A DNA stretch of 64,000 bases. Source: Octopus sinensis (taxonomy: Eukaryota). The notes beneath the pieces were generated by a model. The model was given only the letters and a program-made list of their open reading frames with translations. It was not told the origin of the DNA and made no database searches. The position numbers and the translations under genes were made by a program. This document shows, piece by piece, positions 11,941-24,176 of this stretch; position 1 is the stretch's first letter; the number at the start of each line of letters is the position of its first letter. The stretch covers positions 39,184,001 to 39,248,000 of the forward strand of contig NC_042998.1 in NCBI RefSeq assembly GCF_006345805.1, written 5' to 3'.

Positions 11941-12373
11941 AAGTAAAAATTGATGCATGCATGGCATCAATTTATGGTGCAAACAAAGGTGAATAGTTCA
12001 AGAAGTTCACTTTGCATTTACAAAGTCTCAGCTTTGATCCAACTTTCGTGTTATGTGGACAAGAGATGTCTATCATAATCTCAGACAAACCCAAGTGTTG
12101 ATTGCCATATTGAAACAATTATCAGTCTACTGATGATTATTTTATCAATGCTAGAGTGACAAAGAGCTAAGTCGACTTCGGTTGGGTTGACATCAGAAAG
12201 TCAAGTGAGGCCACTAAGTAGAGGGTCATCCCATAAATAATGCGGTTTTTAATACTTCTTTTATTTTCCAAAATTAAAATAAAGTTCTTTTTCAATCTAA
12301 AATTTAGCTGAAATAAACTAAGTCCTCTAATCTAAAATGATGTCAAAATGTCTTGTGTGACAATTTTTTCCAT

Positions 12374-12479
12374 CACCTGAGCACTGTATTGTAGTGCACC
12401 TGAGCACTGTTTGTATTGCACCTGAGCACTGTATTGTGGTGCACCTGAACACTGTTTGTGGTGCACCTGAGCACTGTAT
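12374..12479. repeat. Minisatellite, 5 x ~22-bp unit CACCTGAGCACTGT(A)TTGTRGTG
   Basis: Directly visible tandem units. Confidence 0.9.
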
Positions 12480-12988
12480 ACAATAATTTCATTATTATTA
12501 TTGTTAGCTGGTGAAATACTTTTGTTTTCACACATTTGTACCAAAGCAAAAAAAGATTGATCAGTCACTGCTATGGAACCGGGATTTTATTTTAAAATCA
12601 ATGATTAGACTTATTACAACATGTCAAAGTATTTTCCATGTCAAGAAATATTAAAATATCTTATCACCTCTTCCCCAATCAAGAGGCTCTGCAACAAGAC
12701 AGAAACCTTGAGCATCGAATTACATTTCAAGCAAACTAACATGTACTCTACCAACAATCAATGAAGCCAATAAAACACCGATCAACTACTAAGGTTGATC
12801 CCATTCACTTTTCTGTCCCCAAAATGTGTGGCTGTCTCACATGAATCTTTATTAATGATATCAAGAAGAGTCCTCAATGGGCAGAACCATAGGAACACGC
12901 CAGACAAAACAGTTTATAGTATCTATTTCAGTATTTAAAATCTTTCTGAGATCAAATTTATCCCTCATCCTTCTGGGGCTCTCACACA

Positions 12989-13043
<55 letters not shown>

Positions 13044-13253
13044 ATGTATGTATGTCTCTTCTATTTTTAATTATTATAAATCTTCCACTGAGGAGAGAGA
13101 CGGTTTCCAACAAAGATACAAGGCTCCATCTTTAGGGTGTAGTTAACACACAAATTCAGATTTGAAACTTGAGAAAACTCTTGCTTAATTTTACTGTTCC
13201 ACTCACATGTATATATATATATATACATATACAAACATACATACATATAAAGA

Positions 13254-13428
13254 TTTTTTACAAAAAGTTAAGATAAAGAAGAAAAAGCTTTTTAGAGAGT
13301 AGAATGGTACTAACCTTTAGGAAGGAATTTCACAAATTGTATACTCACAGTTAGAAATTCCTTCCTAACAGTTCGAACCATTCTACTCTCTGAAAAGTTT
13401 TTTTCTTAATCTTAACTTTTTGCAAAAA

Positions 13429-13429
<1 letters not shown>
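13254..13429. mobile_element. Small foldback element
   Basis: About 80-bp imperfect arms (CAAAAAGTTAAGAT...AGAGAGTAGAATGGT...TAGGAAGGAATTT / reverse complement). Confidence 0.75.
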
Positions 13430-13460
<31 letters not shown>

Positions 13461-13463
<3 letters not shown>

Positions 13464-13930
13464 TCATCATCATCATTTAACATCCGTTTTCCATGCTAGC
13501 ATGGGTTGGACGGTTTGACCAGGGTCTAGGAAGTCAGGAGACTGCACCAGGCTCCAGTCTGATTGGGCAGTGTTTCTACAGCTGGATGCCTTTCCTAAAG
13601 CCAACCACTCTGCTTTTTACGTGCCACCAGCACAGGGACCAGAGGAGGCTGGCAATGGCCACAATCGGTTGGTGTTTTTTACATGCCACTGACATGGAAA
13701 CCAGTCAAGGCGGCGCTGGCATCGGCCACGTTCGGATGGTGCTTTTTATGTGCCACCAGCACGGGTATCATATCTACAATTTTTATCTGATTCTCATTTT
13801 GATGTTGATGTACTTGACTCAATAGGTCTCCTCAAGCACACCAGGTTGCCCTACGATCCAAGGTAATTTTGAAAAGGCCGGAGCTGGTTATGCGAAACTG
13901 GTGTAGGATACAGCCATGAACTTACTTTAT
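13461..13930 (-). mobile_element. RTE LINE 3' end copy
   Basis: (CAT)n TTAACATCCGTTTTCCATGCTAGCATGGG = reverse complement of the LINE tail; abuts (TA)n. Confidence 0.85.
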
Positions 13931-14559
13931 TTGTTGGGCCCTTGCAGTCACAGCATATCTCAGTCTTTCATCATTTGAGAGACAAATACGGGACAAAATA
14001 CCAAAAGAAGTCTAACCCCTCCTCAGTTGCCGACTGTTTATTACTCCCTCTACATTTTTCTCTCTTCTTTTCATTCTGTATCCTTTCAAAATTTCTCCCA
14101 GGCGTTACCCATTACAATGAGTCTTGGCCTAACACCCCTTAATGTTTGTCTTTGTCAATTGTTTACTCTGTACGTCCAATCTGGTGTCGTTTGTTCGTTC
14201 AAAGCCCTCACTCTCCAGAAATTTTATATTTTAAAAATTTCTGGATGCTGCCGTTTAATGATGTTTTCTTCTATTGTTGTTGAAAGCTCGAAATATGGAG
14301 TAATAAACAGTCGACAACTGAGAAGGGGTTACACTTCTTTTGCTATTTTGTGCTTACGTATTTTTCACTAATTGGTGATGTCCAATTCTTATTGTATATT
14401 TTTTGGTAATTTGTCCTGTACTTATCGCACGAGTGTCTACGTAATTTTCACTCGTTCGTGATGTCCTGTACTTGATGTATTTTATATTTATAATCGAACG
14501 CTATGCAGCCTCATCTACAGTAAGTTTCTACTTGTGTGCGTGTGTGTGTGTGTGTGTGT

Positions 14560-14765
14560 ATGTGTGTCGTTGTGTCTGTCTGTCCCTCACAACCGTTTGG
14601 CAATCGGTGTTGGTTTGTTTACCTCCCAGTGACTTTGTGATTCGACAAAAGAGACCGATAGAATAAGTACGAGGCTTAGAAAGTCCTGTGGCCTATTCAT
14701 TCAACTAAAAATTCTTCAAGATAGTGCCCCAGCATGGCCGCAATCTAATGACTGAAACAAGTAAC
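14560..14765 (+). mobile_element. 3' half of CORE-type SINE
   Basis: CAAAAGAGACCGATAGAATAAGTAC...CCAGCATGGCCGCAATCTAATGACTGAAACAAGTAA. Confidence 0.7.
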
Positions 14766-16489
14766 AAATACATATATAGAAATATATAGTCGACCAGCCT
14801 CTCCCTCAAAATTTCACGTCGTGTGCCAAGAGAGGAAAGGAATTTATATACGTATATATTTTGCGATGCTAATAACTTCTGCCTCAGAAAACGGCGTTAG
14901 TCGAGCACAGAGCGTAATTTGAAATTAAATAAAGGACAGAAGAACAGGAAAATTAGGCAACGAACTTCATTAGCTTACAGTCGTTTTTGCTACAGGAGGC
15001 AGTGCGGTCAGAAATGAGTGCTTGTGCATCACCCTATAGCTACTGTTTTATGTGTGTGTGTGTACACATATATATTTCTTTATTGACCAGAAGAATTGGT
15101 AAAAGAGATACACGCTACCATTTTGCTTCACACTACGTAGTGTTAAAACATTAAAAAAGATCAATATAAGTTTAAAAAAATAAACTGAACCAGAAGGTAA
15201 ATTAGGGTGACTTACTTCTTTGACTGAAGATAACTGTGTGTAAATAGGCCCGTATGTATATAGTCAATATATCCCTTGTATTGATCCTTTCTTGTGAGAA
15301 ACGTTGAATTTAGATTAGAGATACTCCATTGCTTAAAAACCTCAAACAATTTCGGGAGGTCAATGGAATTAGTTTTACGAACGAAGATTCCCTTAATCTC
15401 TTCGCTTTTCACTAAATTTAGAAACACTCACAGCTAATGATGTGGAAGCCCAAGGTCTATTCAGGATTGAGACAACAGGAAGATTGGAAAAAAACAAAAA
15501 TCGTGTGTAATCACATGTATCAACGCATAGACAGATATGTCCACACATACGCAAGCACGTCTCGGTGTGTGTGTGTGTGTGTGTATTAGAATACAATTTC
15601 AAAATAACCAGTTTAAAAATCAACTCCCACTTGGTAACTTGTTTTCTATTTTCTTGTTGGGTGGGGAGGGAGGCGGGTATAATTTTTGGTTTCTGTTTTT
15701 GCCGTCAATAATTTCACATAAGTGGCTACGCACACAAAACATGACAAATATTTCCTTACATATATACAAGTATACATACATACGACCTTAGGAACTGTCA
15801 CAGAGAATGAGACGATTATTTCCACTTGCATAGGCGCATAGTCATTCACACAATTACACTCACGTACATACACATTTATACATGACGCAAATCATATAAA
15901 CACACACACACATACACACGCACACACACATGCAGGCAGTGGTGCCTCCGAACAAGAAATGAGATGTGTAAAGACACATCAGAAGTGCGGGACCTGTTAA
16001 ACCGGCTTGTCAACATATTTTCGTTATGATAAACCAGTCTAACAGAGAATTGTATGACTTAACAAAACAGTTGAGATAACTACAATAGGGAGAGGAGGAG
16101 GAGAAGGAAAATTAGAAAACGAAGGAAATGAATTAGGATCGCAACTGTCAATCAAACATCTTGGACAAGAGTGACCGCTGCTGTTATTATTTTCTTTGTC
16201 CATGAGGTTATTATGTGTAGCCCCCGGTCAGTCTTGATTGAGTATACACATTTGGATGTCATCTCTTGCTAATCGAGCGATTACGTAGAGATTCTACAGT
16301 TGAGCTGTTGACATTAGTGCTGCTATTTTGGTTAGTTTAGTAACCCTGAACTCTTACAATGATTTGTTGCATTCAACTCGGCCAAGACAGTTGAAGCAAT
16401 CGAAATATTGTTATTCATTTAAAACGGCATCTTAGCAGAATCATTAAAATTGTATTTAACACTGAAGTATAAAAGGTTGTTATCAAATG

Positions 16490-19375
16490 TGCTCCTCAGG
16501 TGTTCTGCGCAACGCAGCAGCTGAGCAAGAGTCTTTCTTGTGCATGGCGCAAAGGATTGTCCAGCAGCTGACCTGGCTACACCAAGCACAAACAAGGAAC
16601 CTTGCCCACCACTATGCAAGACCACCACAGTCACACCCAAATTCGGTATGTGACACTCTAATTGTATACATAAGGCAACGTAATATAGTCATATACAATA
16701 TATATTGCCCACACGGATGCTCCAAACCACATAGGCAAGTTTGAAGATTGCCTCACAAGAATTAAAGAAATCCTCATGAATCTGGAACACCACGTGACCA
16801 TATTTCTTATGGGTGATTTCAACTTCCCCAACGACAACTGGCCCGAAGGTCTCATACTCTCAGGAATGACTCATTGCAAGCAAGCACAAGTGGAGTGCCT
16901 GCTCAACCTCACCAATGCCCTATTCATGGAGCAAGCTGTACTCAGACCAACTAGGGCGAATAACATTCTGGATCTCTGCTTCACGAACAATATGGACATC
17001 ATTTATGATGTGAAAGTGACACCGACATTAGTCTTGGATCACAACATAATAGAGCTGTCTATGTTTGGGCCGAAAGTAACCAGAGACATACAGCCTAAAG
17101 GAAGCACCCGAAATCTCTCCAATCTGAACTTCCACAAAGCAGATTGGAAATCGATCCAAAAAGAGATCCTCAGAGAGGACTGACCGAAATGTCTCTCCAC
17201 ACTGGACATTGACATGAAACTAGAATGTTTCATGTCTTCTGTGCAAGCCGTATGCCAGAATTATGTCCCAGAGCACAAGGCCAAAACAAATAGGAGCAAG
17301 ATTCCAAGAGACAGGAAGATCCTCATGAGACGATGGATGAAGATTACAAATCGACTCAACCAACATCCCAAAAGTAGCGAAAGATCCCACCTAAAAACAA
17401 CACTCATGGAGATCGAAAAAAGGCTGCAACAATTCTATGTGAGAGAGAAAGCAGACAAAGAAGTCTGGGTTATAAGAACATTAAGTCAAACCCAAAGGCA
17501 TTCTTTCATTATGCGAAAGAAACAGCCTCAGTGCACTACAAGATAGGACCCCTCCTCCAACTAAGATCAGTAAGGTACTGAATGACCAGTTCAAAAGTGT
17601 CTTTACCACCCCGTTGGAACACAGACAAGTGAACGAGCCAATGGACTTCTTTGCCACCTCACCTATAACCAGCGAGGCAGTTACAATGGAATACATCGAC
17701 ATTAGCGAAGAAGATATACTATTAGTCATAGATGAAGTGGACACAAACTCAACTGCTGGTCCAGATGGTTTCCCAGCAATCCTCCTCAAATCGTGTAAGC
17801 ATGCCCTGGCAAAACCCCTCCAGATTCTCTTCCAGAGCTTTCTTAAAAATGGCAAACTGCCAAGCAACAGGAGGGAATAATATGCCCAATACATAAAGGG
17901 GGGAGTAGAGAAGATGCCAAAAACTATAGGCCTATCTCTCTGACTTCACACATCAGCAAAGTCATGGAACGGATAGTCAGAGGGAAACTAATCGCATTCC
18001 TTGAAGAAAATAACTTGTTGAGTGATACCCAGCATGGTTTTCGACCAGGTAGGAGCTGTCTGACCCAGCTATTACAACATTATGACTGGGTGTTGAGGCA
18101 GTTACTCAACAAATCAAATGAGGACGTAATATGCCTTGATTTTGCAAAAGCTTTTGATAAAGTGGATCATGTTATGATATGCCACAAACTGCGTGACCTT
18201 GGCATAGCTGGAAAACTTGGAGAGTGGTTACATGACTTCCTGAAAGATAGGAGTCAGGCAGTAGTGGCTAATGGAGCCACCTCTATGAACACACAAATAG
18301 TGAGCGGTGTTCCACAGGGCACTGTCTTGGAACCACTGCTTTTTATAGTGGCCCTCTCAGATATGCCCTCAAATGCCCGGATAGCCACCCTTGCAAGCTA
18401 TGCAGATGATACGAAAGTCTCGCAGAAAATACAGAACCCCAGCGATGTTGCATACCTGCAGCAGGAGTTGGACTCAATTTACAAATGGGCTGAGGATAAT
18501 AATATGCAGTTTAATGCTGAAAAATTCCAGGCCCTGCGCTACCAGCATCCAAAACTGAATATGAAACTTACAGGGTACACCGTTCCACAGGGAATTTCAA
18601 TCCCAGAGCCAAAGTCTGTGAGGGACCTGGGTATCGACATGAGTGATGATACCTCTTTCCAAGTGCACATTACCAGGATGGCGACAAAGCGCAGACGACT
18701 GGATGGATGGATCCTAAGAACATTCAGAACCAGAAAAGGAAACCATGATGGTCCTCTAGCGGACATTCGTTCTCAGCCGCCTGGATTACTGCTCACAGCT
18801 ATGGTCACCCACCAGTGTGAAATTAACAACGGACCTTGAAGCAATCCAGAGAATTTTCACAAAGAAGATCGTCTCTTTGCAACAGCTCAGCTACTGGGAA
18901 AGGTTGAAACTGCTAAGACTCTACTCCCTGGAGAGAATATGGGAGAGGTATGCAGTAATATATATCTGGAAGATCCTGGAAGGAATTGTGCCAAATTTTG
19001 GCATTGTAAGCTACACCAATGCTAGAACGGGACGACACTGCATAGTGTCAAAGATCCCAGCAATGCCATCATACTTCAGGACCAGTTACTGCAACAGCCT
19101 GGGTTTCAAGGGCCCACAGCTTTTAATATTCTCCCAACGAAACTTGCACAAAGTAAATGTAGGGGTTTTTAAATCAAAGCTGGACATCTTCCTGCCGAGA
19201 GTCCCAAATGAACCTACCTCATGGCAAGAGGTGCAAATGAGGGTAGCTATATCAAACTCCATTCTTCACCAAGTGCCACATATTAGAGGAGGCTCTTAGT
19301 AATAACAGTGTAGCAAAACGGCGGTGCATCAGCATGGCCGCATCTCTGAGCTGAAACTAGAGAGAGAAAAAAAAA
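16490..19375 (+). mobile_element. CR1/L2-group LINE, ORF2 (APE + RT) with several stops/frameshifts
   Basis: Endonuclease MGDFNFP, TRANNILDL, LDHNII; RT NYRPISLTS, QHGFRPGRSC, LDFAKAFDKV, SGVPQGTVL, YADDTK; C-terminal LYSLERxxERY; A-rich tail. Confidence 0.92.
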
Positions 19376-20406
19376 CTATTCACTTCAGAAATAATGTATT
19401 TATTAACTCATTTGATTCTTGCCTTTGTTGCACAATATTGGCTTCTCGAGTTATTACATGCTATGTAACCTTGTTCACTTTCATTATTTATTGCCGAAGG
19501 TAGTGGAATTAAGAGAACTGGAACCATTCATAGTTTATTTAAAAAAAAGTTAAATTGTTTTTTTTAAAGAGAGAACAAAAACGATACTAATGGAGAAAAA
19601 ACAAAGGAAAAAAATAAAGATTATAAACTACGAGTAAAAACGTTCAAATAGTACAGCATGAAATTTGGGGCTCATGCAACCTTTTCATTTTTCATTTTTA
19701 TATAACATTTTTCTCATTTTTCATTCGTTTTATATTTTTGTCCCAATTGTGTCGTTCTGTCTGTCCTTGTGCTGTCCCTTCTATGTTTGGCCCTTGTGGC
19801 AGGAAATAAAAATCGTTATTTATTGTATACCAGACTGACTTGACACTGCACGCTAAATTAGAGGCCACTGACAAACAAGACGAATATTAAAGGAATTTAA
19901 TTTGAACCCGAGTAATACAACAAATATGATATTTAAGGTCCCTAATTATTGAAAATTTCCTAGATGAGGTAGTCATGGTTTTTTTTCTCTCTTAATAATT
20001 TGATCTTTTGATATTTTTTCTTTCATTTCTCTTGTAAAAATATGTTGTTAATATAAATTATCTATAAAAAAAAATAAATTTTAAAAAAAATGTATATTGA
20101 AGTATATTTATAACTGAGATTTAGAGAATCAGCCTAGTGTCCTTAGTCAATCTGACTAAAACAAAATATCTCATCTGGTCAAGGCTGGTTGAATAAGAGT
20201 ATGGCACCCGTTGTATTCATCGTGTCGAGGGAAACGAAAACTGATTCAGCGCTTAGTAATAATAGTTATTATATAGCTTGGCCTGTTCTTTTGCCGTTAA
20301 CATAACGACTGCCTGAGAGACAATTATTGGCTTTCATCTGAGGAAGCAGAATGATGTTAATGTATCACAAATAATAAACATTTTCAAGGTACTTGTTAAT
20401 TGTCGT

Positions 20407-21015
20407 GGTCCCGGTTTTGCACACGCGAATTCGCGCGCGCGCGCGCGCCAGACGTAGGTACTCGATACTCGAGATCCTACGAGGTGACTTGCGCATGCGC
20501 AGTGCAGAATTCGCGCGTGCGCGTTAACCCCCCCCCCCCCCCCGAAAAAAAAAAGGATTTTTTTTAAAGATACCTTTCTGCTTTTTAACACAAAAAGGTG
20601 TTGGATTTAACTAAAAATATATATATGTGTGTGTGTGTGTGTATATATAACATATTCAATTTTACACAAAAAAATTACATAGTCGCTTTCCTCGCGGATT
20701 TACAGATAAATGAATTAATTACTATTTTACAGAATAAAATTAATGAATTAATTATATAAATTAAATAATTCTTGAAAATTAATTATTATTAATACTCGAG
20801 ATCCTACGAGGTGACTTGCGCATGCGCAGTGCGCGATTCGCGCATGCGAGTTAAACCCCCCCCCCCCCCCGGAAAAAAAAAAGGATTTTTTTAAAGATAC
20901 CTTGGTCGCTTTCCTCGCGGATTTACAGATAAATGAATTAATTACTATTTTACAGAATAAAATTAATGAATTAATTATATAAATTAAATAATTCTTGAAA
21001 ATTAATTATTATAAT
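20407..21015. repeat. CpG-rich subterminal module, partially duplicated in tandem (mirror at about 25945-26550)
   Basis: ACTCGAGATCCTACGAGGTGACTTGCGCATGCGCAG...poly-C/poly-A block at 20467 and 20794; (CG)8 run at 20432-20448. Confidence 0.85.
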
Positions 21016-21140
21016 AATATTTTTTGAACAAAGTAAAAAGTAATTACTTTTTTTTTACAGAAACGCGAACGGGGAATTTTCAGTTTAAAGTTATAAATAA
21101 ATACATTTCATGTGTAATGTAAAATAGTAGTCAATTAATT

Positions 21141-23264
21141 AAATACCTTCTTTTTCTGGGGTATTATTCTTGTTCAAACTCGTCACATATTTGTAACTTT
21201 TCGATGTAAACCTTTCAATGTAAGTCTTAAAAAGTTGCAGCAGCTTAGCAGAAATGTCACGTTATAATTTCTACAATGCAATGGTTTCAATACACGCGGA
21301 AGATCATACCCATTCAAACTTTATATCATTCTGAAACATCTTTCAGAATATTCATCACACGACCGTTTTCATTTTGTCCAAATATTTTTTTTCACAGAAA
21401 TTCATCAAAATTGTGGAGATTTTATGACAGTGTAGCAAATTAGTAATCAACTAATTAAATACCTTCTTTTTCTGGGGTATTATTCGTTCAAACTCGTCAC
21501 ATATTTGTAACTTTTCGATGTAAACCTTTCAATGTAAGTCTTAAAAAGTTGCGCAGCTTAGCAGAAATGTCACGTTATAATTTCTACAATGCAATGGTTT
21601 CAATACACGCGGAAGATCATACCCATTCAAACTTTATATCATTCTGAAACATCTTTCAGAATATTCATCACACGACCGTTTTCATTTTGTCCAAATATTT
21701 TTTTTCACAGAAATTCATCAAAATTGTGGAGATTTTATGACAGTGTAGCAAATTAGTAATCAACTAATTAAATACCTTCTTTTTCTGGGGTATTATTCGT
21801 TCAAACTCGTCACATATTTGTAACTTTTCGATGTAAACCTTTCAATGTAAGTCTTAAAAAGTTGCAGCAGCTTAGCAGAAATGTCACGTTATAATTTCTA
21901 CAATGCAATGGTTTCAATACACGCGGAAGATCATACCCATTCAAACTTTATATCATTCTGAAACATCTTTCAGAATATTCATCACACGACCGTTTTCATT
22001 TTGTCCAAATATTTTTTTTCACAGAAATTCATCAAAATTGTGGAGATTTTATGACAGTGTAGCAAATTAGTAATCAACTAATTAAATACCTTCTTTTTCT
22101 GGGGTATTATTCGTTCAAACTCGTCACATATTTGTAACTTTTCGATGTAAACCTTTCAATGTAAGTCTTAAAAAGTTGCAGCAGCTTAGCAGAAATGTCA
22201 CGTTATAATTTCTACAATGCAATGGTTTCAATACACGCGGAAGATCATACCCATTCAAACTTTATATCATTCTGAAACATCTTTCAGAATATTCATCACA
22301 CGACCGTTTTCATTTTGTCCAAATATTTTTTTTCACAGAAATTCATCAAAATTGTGGAGATTTTATGACAGTGTAGCAAATTAGTAATCAACTAATTAAA
22401 TACCTTCTTTTTCTGGGGTATTATTCGTTCAAACTCGTCACATATTTGTAACTTTTCGATGTAAACCTTTCAATGTAAGTCTTAAAAAGTTGCAGCAGCT
22501 TAGCAGAAATGTCACGTATAATTTCTACAATGCAATGGTTTCAATACACGCGGAAGATCATACCCATTCAAACTTTATATCATTCTGAAACATCTTTCAG
22601 AATATTCATCACACGACCGTTTTCATTTTGTCCAAATATTTTTTTTCACAGAAATTCATCAAAATTGTGGAGATTTTATGACAGTGTAGCAAATTAGTAA
22701 TCAACTAATTAAATACCTTCTTTTTCTGGGGTATTATTCGTTCAAACTCGTCACATATTTGTAACTTTTCGATGTAAACCTTTCAATGTAAGTCTTAAAA
22801 AGTTGCAGCAGCTTAGCAGAAATGTCACGTTATAATTTCTACAATGCAATGGTTTCAATACACGCGGAAGATCATACCCATTCAAACTTTATATCATTCT
22901 GAAACATCTTTCAGAATATTCATCACACGACCGTTTTCATTTTGTCAAAATATTTTTTTTCACAGAAATTCATCAAAATTGTGGAGATTTTATGACAGTG
23001 TAGCAAATTAGTAATCAACTAATTAAATACCTTCTTTTTCTGGGGTATTATTCGTTCAAACTCGTCACATATTTGTAACTTTTCGATGTAAACCTTTCAA
23101 TGTAAGTCTTAAAAAGTTGCAGCAGCTTAGCAGAAATGTCACGTTATAATTTCTACAATGCAATGGTTTCAATACACGCGGAAGATCATACCCATTCAAA
23201 CTTTATATCATTCTGAAACATCTTTCAGAATATTCATCACACGACCGTTTTCATTTTGTCCAAA
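21141..23264. repeat. Tandem array, ~314-bp unit x ~6.8 (left arm)
   Basis: Unit starts (AAATACCTTC) at 21141, 21457, 21770, 22084, 22398, 22711, 23025. Confidence 0.95.
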
Positions 23265-23318
23265 AATACATTCGGGAGATCATACCCCTTCAAACTCTAT
23301 ACCATTCGGAAAGATGTT

Positions 23319-24176
23319 TCAGAGAATATTCATCAAGCAATCGTGTGCAGTTTGCCCATATTGTTCCTTCCACAGAAACTCATCAAGGTACGAGTCCACC
23401 ATGGTGGAATGTACCCCCATCATCGTTTTAAATTTTCTTTTGGCATTCTTCCAGTAACATTCCACAGAATTTGTGTGTACACCTGTTAGCGGATCCACAA
23501 AATTCTGGGAATGGTTTACTGTGAAATGGATGTATTTTGGTGTCACATCCATTTCTGCAATACCATTATAGGCGGGCCAGCAATCCGAATGAATTGTTGT
23601 GCCCGGTCTAATAAATTTTTTGATGATGGGTAGCAGAGTTTCCGAGGAACGGTCAGCTACGAACAGTATGAAGCCTTTTTTGTCTTCTCTGTCGTACCCT
23701 CCAAAGACCCATCTCTCTTGTGGCGTTCTTCCTCTATTGTATTTTCTCTTACACATCAGACTTTCATCTACTTCAACAATGTGTCCGACACCACCAATTT
23801 GGTATGGATTCTTCATTAGATTATTGCTACAGATATCTCGCATGTATTGATACCATTGAATAACGCTAGGTTTTGACAATCCAGTCATTGCTATTGCTCC
23901 TGTTATTGTTAGGTTACTGCCCCAACAATATATAACATGAATGAAATCGTGCAGTTTCAACCTGCTATTTTCGAGATACGATTTCTTTCTAATCGACTCT
24001 TTTTCCCCTTTGTGAGTTGGGCAGCGAAAAATTTTTTCCTGGTTGTGTTTTATAAGAGTCATCTCTCTATGGCATTTTGAGCAAATTGGAGTTGAGGAAC
24101 TCAACACTTTTTTGTCCTTTAGGAATGAATAGATACTGTCAAAATCTTTTACGATGCTTTCTATCTCATACAACAT
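23319..24176 (-). CDS. Merlin/ISXO2-like DDE transposase, 285 aa (294 aa if a 2-nt insertion near the end is removed)
   Basis: N-terminal CxxC...CxxH, GGVGHIVEVDES (D), KRKYNRGR...WVFGG, IHSDCWPAY (D), HTNSVECYW (E), SYLDEFLW. Confidence 0.92.
   Translation of the reverse strand: MLYEIESIVKDFDSIYSFLKDKKVLSSSTPICSKCHREMTLIKHNQEKIFRCPTHKGEKESIRKKSYLENSRLKLHDFIHVIYCWGSNLTITGAIAMTGLSKPSVIQWYQYMRDICSNNLMKNPYQIGGVGHIVEVDESLMCKRKYNRGRTPQERWVFGGYDREDKKGFILFVADRSSETLLPIIKKFIRPGTTIHSDCWPAYNGIAEMDVTPKYIHFTVNHSQNFVDPLTGVHTNSVECYWKNAKRKFKTMMGVHSTMVDSYLDEFLWKEQYGQTAHDCLMNIL

Noticed and set aside
12374-12479. CRISPR-like short repeats
   Set aside because: Spacers are about 8 nt and nearly identical; this is a minisatellite.
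23319-24176. Bacterial IS1595 contamination, or a TGA=Trp genetic code
   Set aside because: The element is embedded among eukaryotic SINEs and LINEs. The gene itself uses TGG for Trp and TGA as stop, so the TGAs in the repeat are better explained as mutations.
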